A DNA stretch of 62,261 nt, filler included. It is 6 parts of 6 records of this genome, joined end to end, with 100 filler letters (N's around TTAATTAATTAA, not from the genome) between each part and the next. Parts side by side here need not be neighbours in the genome. Positions count along the whole stretch, not along the records: positions 47,627 to 62,261 come from SRR2962707_2004; 5 more parts are not named here. One strand, written 5' to 3'. This document shows positions 59,842 through 62,261 of the stretch, one piece after another. The position numbers and the translations under genes were made by a program. The stretch's first letter is position 1; each line of letters opens with the position of its first letter. Below the pieces are notes generated by a model, which was not told where the DNA came from, did not search any database, and saw only the letters and a list, made by a program, of their open reading frames with translations.

Positions 59842-61491
59842 TCAGTTTTTCCGTTCATGGCCTACAACCAGCCAGGCCGCCACGGCCAGTAGAGCCCAAC
59901 CATGAACGGGCATGGTCTGCGCGAGGGTGGCAAGGTCGTGGTCGAGGCTCAGCCAGGCCACCCCCGCCAAGGCTGCAGCGGCCAGCCCCCGTCGCCAGCG
60001 CCGGTCGGCCCGGGCCCGGTTTTCACGAATAAGTTCCAGTGTAGCGCGACTGGGGTGGTCGTTGGAGCCCGTGTTGCGTAACTGCACCAGCGCGTCGTGT
60101 ACCAGTTGTGGCATTTCCGGCGACTGCTCCAGCCAGGCTGGCAAATGGGACTGCAGGGATTTGATCAGGCCGGACGGGCCGATGCGTTTGCGCATCCAGG
60201 CTTCCAGGAAGGGTTGAGCGGTGCTCCACAGGTCCAGATCCGGGTAAAGCTGGCGCCCCAGACCTTCCACATTCAGCAGGGTTTTCTGCAGCAGCACCAG
60301 TTGCGGTTGCACTTCCATGTTGAAGCGCCGCGCCGTCTGGAACAGCCGTAGCAGGAAATGGCCAAAGGAGATGTCTTTCAGTGGCTTCTCGAAAATCGGC
60401 TCGCAAACAGTGCGGATAGCGGCCTCGAATTCATTGACCCGGGTGTCCGGTGGCACCCAGCCGGACTGTATATGCAGCTCGGCGACCTGGCGGTAATCGC
60501 GGCGGAAAAACGCCAGCAAATTGCGGGCAAGATAGCTTTGGTCATCTGGTGCAAGGGTACCAACGATGCCGAAATCGATGGCAATGTACTTCGGGTCCGC
60601 GGGGTTGCTGACATCCACGAAAATATTGCCCGGGTGCATGTCGGCGTGGAAGAAGCTGTCCCGGAAGACCTGGGTGAAGAAGATCTCCACCCCTTTCTCT
60701 GCCAGTACTTTCAGATTAACGCCGGCTTCACGAAGCGCCGGAACGTCAGCAATGGGGATGCCGTGGATGCGCTCCATGACCAGAACGGACTTGCGGGTGT
60801 AGTCCCAGTCGATGGAGGGGATATAAATCAGCGATGAGTTCTCGAAATTACGGCGCAGCTGACTGGCGTTGGCGGCTTCGCGTTGCTGGTCGAGTTCGTC
60901 ATGGATGGTGGAATCGTAGTCCGCCACCACTTCCACCGGGTGCAGCCGACGGCCTTCGGACCAGTAGCGTTCCAGCAGACCGGCCATCATGTACATCAAT
61001 GCCAGGTCCTGGCGGATGACCCGTTCAATGTCGGGGCGGATGACCTTGACCACGACTTCCCGGCCGTCGAGAAGCGTGGCGGCATGCACCTGGGCGACGG
61101 AGGCAGAGGCCATGGGCTCGCGGGAAAACTCCGCAAACAGTTCCGACACCGGCGCACCGAGGGATTTTTCGATAATGCCCTGGGCGACGTCGCCGGGAAA
61201 AGGCGGTACCCGGTCCTGCAGGTTTTTGAGGGAAAGCGCCATGTCGTCGGGTAGCAAGTCCCGTCGCGTCGACAGGATCTGGCCGAATTTGACGAATACC
61301 GGCCCCAGCTCTTCAAACGCGAGGCGTAGGCGGTCCCCCCGGTCCAGCTTGGGTTTCGGAAACAGGTGCCAGGGGGCCAACAGGAAAAACACTTTCAGGG
61401 GGACAGGCAGTTCCGCCAGCGGTAGAAAGGTGTCCAGCCGGTAGCGGCAGAAGACCCAGGCAATGCGGAACAGGCGTTGCAGGCGCGTCAC
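59842..61491 (-). CDS. ubiB: Ubiquinone biosynthesis kinase-like protein UbiB
   Basis: [34 protein letters not shown] motifs. Confidence 0.95.
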   Translation of the reverse strand: MTRLQRLFRIAWVFCRYRLDTFLPLAELPVPLKVFFLLAPWHLFPKPKLDRGDRLRLAFEELGPVFVKFGQILSTRRDLLPDDMALSLKNLQDRVPPFPGDVAQGIIEKSLGAPVSELFAEFSREPMASASVAQVHAATLLDGREVVVKVIRPDIERVIRQDLALMYMMAGLLERYWSEGRRLHPVEVVADYDSTIHDELDQQREAANASQLRRNFENSSLIYIPSIDWDYTRKSVLVMERIHGIPIADVPALREAGVNLKVLAEKGVEIFFTQVFRDSFFHADMHPGNIFVDVSNPADPKYIAIDFGIVGTLAPDDQSYLARNLLAFFRRDYRQVAELHIQSGWVPPDTRVNEFEAAIRTVCEPIFEKPLKDISFGHFLLRLFQTARRFNMEVQPQLVLLQKTLLNVEGLGRQLYPDLDLWSTAQPFLEAWMRKRIGPSGLIKSLQSHLPAWLEQSPEMPQLVHDALVQLRNTGSNDHPSRATLELIRENRARADRRWRRGLAAAALAGVAWLSLDHDLATLAQTMPVHGWALLAVAAWLVVGHERKN

Positions 61492-62126
61492 GGCGTCTCC
61501 GTTTGGTCTTGTTGTCTGGGATGCTCCAGCCGCGTGACCCTGGCTTCCAAGCGTTCGGTCTGCAGGTTCAGCCGGTCGATATCGGTAAACGTGGCTTCCA
61601 GCTCCCGGCGCCCGGGCAGGCTTCGGCTTTCTTCATGAATATATTCTTCAACATTGGCGTTCAGGGACGCAAACGCCTGTCGGCTCCAACGAACAGCCCC
61701 GCGAACGCGCTGGCCGATAAAATGCGCCGGCACATCACCAATATAGCCGGCCATGGCAGCTTCCCAGTCGGGGTCGAGTTGGTCGATGGCGCGCTGGAAC
61801 TGGTGCGCCAGGGCGGTATCGCCAGTCACGTGAATGCGGCCTTCGCTGAAAACTCCGTCATCGCCGGTAGCCAGGGCGGCGAACGCCATGGGGCGGCCGG
61901 ACAGGATCAAAGCAGGAGCTTCCGAGGGCTGGCTGGCAACCTGAATGCGATCTCCCGCCTGTTGCAGCGTCAGCGTGAGGCCGAGCCCGTCCAGCGAAAA
62001 CTGTACCGGCCCCGTGAGCGCTGACATCAGCGCTTGCTTGCCAGCGGGGTCCAGCGCCAGCGCTCGGTTGAGCGCGCTCTCAATGATAGAGGTGGCGGCA
62101 GACAGCAGGGTTGGGCCGGGAAACAT
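61488..62126 (-). CDS. ubiJ: Ubiquinone biosynthesis accessory factor UbiJ (SCP2 domain)
   Basis: [17 protein letters not shown]; lies between ubiE and ubiB. Confidence 0.88.
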   Translation of the reverse strand: MFPGPTLLSAATSIIESALNRALALDPAGKQALMSALTGPVQFSLDGLGLTLTLQQAGDRIQVASQPSEAPALILSGRPMAFAALATGDDGVFSEGRIHVTGDTALAHQFQRAIDQLDPDWEAAMAGYIGDVPAHFIGQRVRGAVRWSRQAFASLNANVEEYIHEESRSLPGRRELEATFTDIDRLNLQTERLEARVTRLEHPRQQDQTETP

Positions 62127-62260
62127 CAGGGCTTGATTCCCACATGCAGGGCGACCACGCCACCGGTCATGTTGTAGTACTTGCAATTCACCAGGCCGGC
62201 CTCTTCCATCATCGCCTTGAGCGTATCCTGGTCCGGATGCATGCGGATGGACTCGGCCAG
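62126..62260 (-). CDS. ubiE: C-methyltransferase UbiE (C-terminal part only)
   Basis: Minus strand reads [44 protein letters not shown]; its TGA overlaps the ubiJ ATG. Confidence 0.93.
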   Translation of the reverse strand: MAESIRMHPDQDTLKAMMEEAGLVNCKYYNMTGGVVALHVGIKP

Positions 62261-62261
62261 G

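Overview
This window is not one locus. It is six unrelated contigs joined by five artificial 100-nt linkers (N44-TTAATTAATTAA-N44), consistent with a marine metagenome or mixed assembly; the taxon labels below are inferred from gene content and composition. (1) 1-5186: AT-rich Pseudoalteromonas-like folB-folK-uppP plus a TonB-dependent receptor. (2) 5287-20136: Marinobacter-like variable region (ferritin-like protein, BVMO, slyD, Hpt-REC-REC-GGDEF-EAL regulator, radD, lipoproteins, M28 peptidase, symporter) with several gene scars. (3) 20237-29615: alphaproteobacterial panCB, GGT, sensor kinase and rpmH-rnpA-yidD-yidC. (4) 29716-38201: Roseobacter-like metabolic genes and tRNA-Gln, followed by a probable island edge. 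(5) 38302-47526: eukaryotic DNA. Three ORFs that look separate join in frame across two GT-AG introns (42847-43001 and 45269-45437) into one protein of about 2204 aa with the order SAM, TPR, AIG1/septin-like GTPase, J-domain, helical region, SecA-like SF2 ATPase, vWA. This is the most unusual object in the window and a candidate protist conflict/immunity or proteostasis machine. (6) 47627-62261: Marinobacter-like core (zapB-like, a Zur-boxed zrg-like zinc cluster, ygfB-pepP-ubiH-ubiI, tatABC, hisIE, ubiEJB). All domain calls come from motif recognition by eye; no database search was run.
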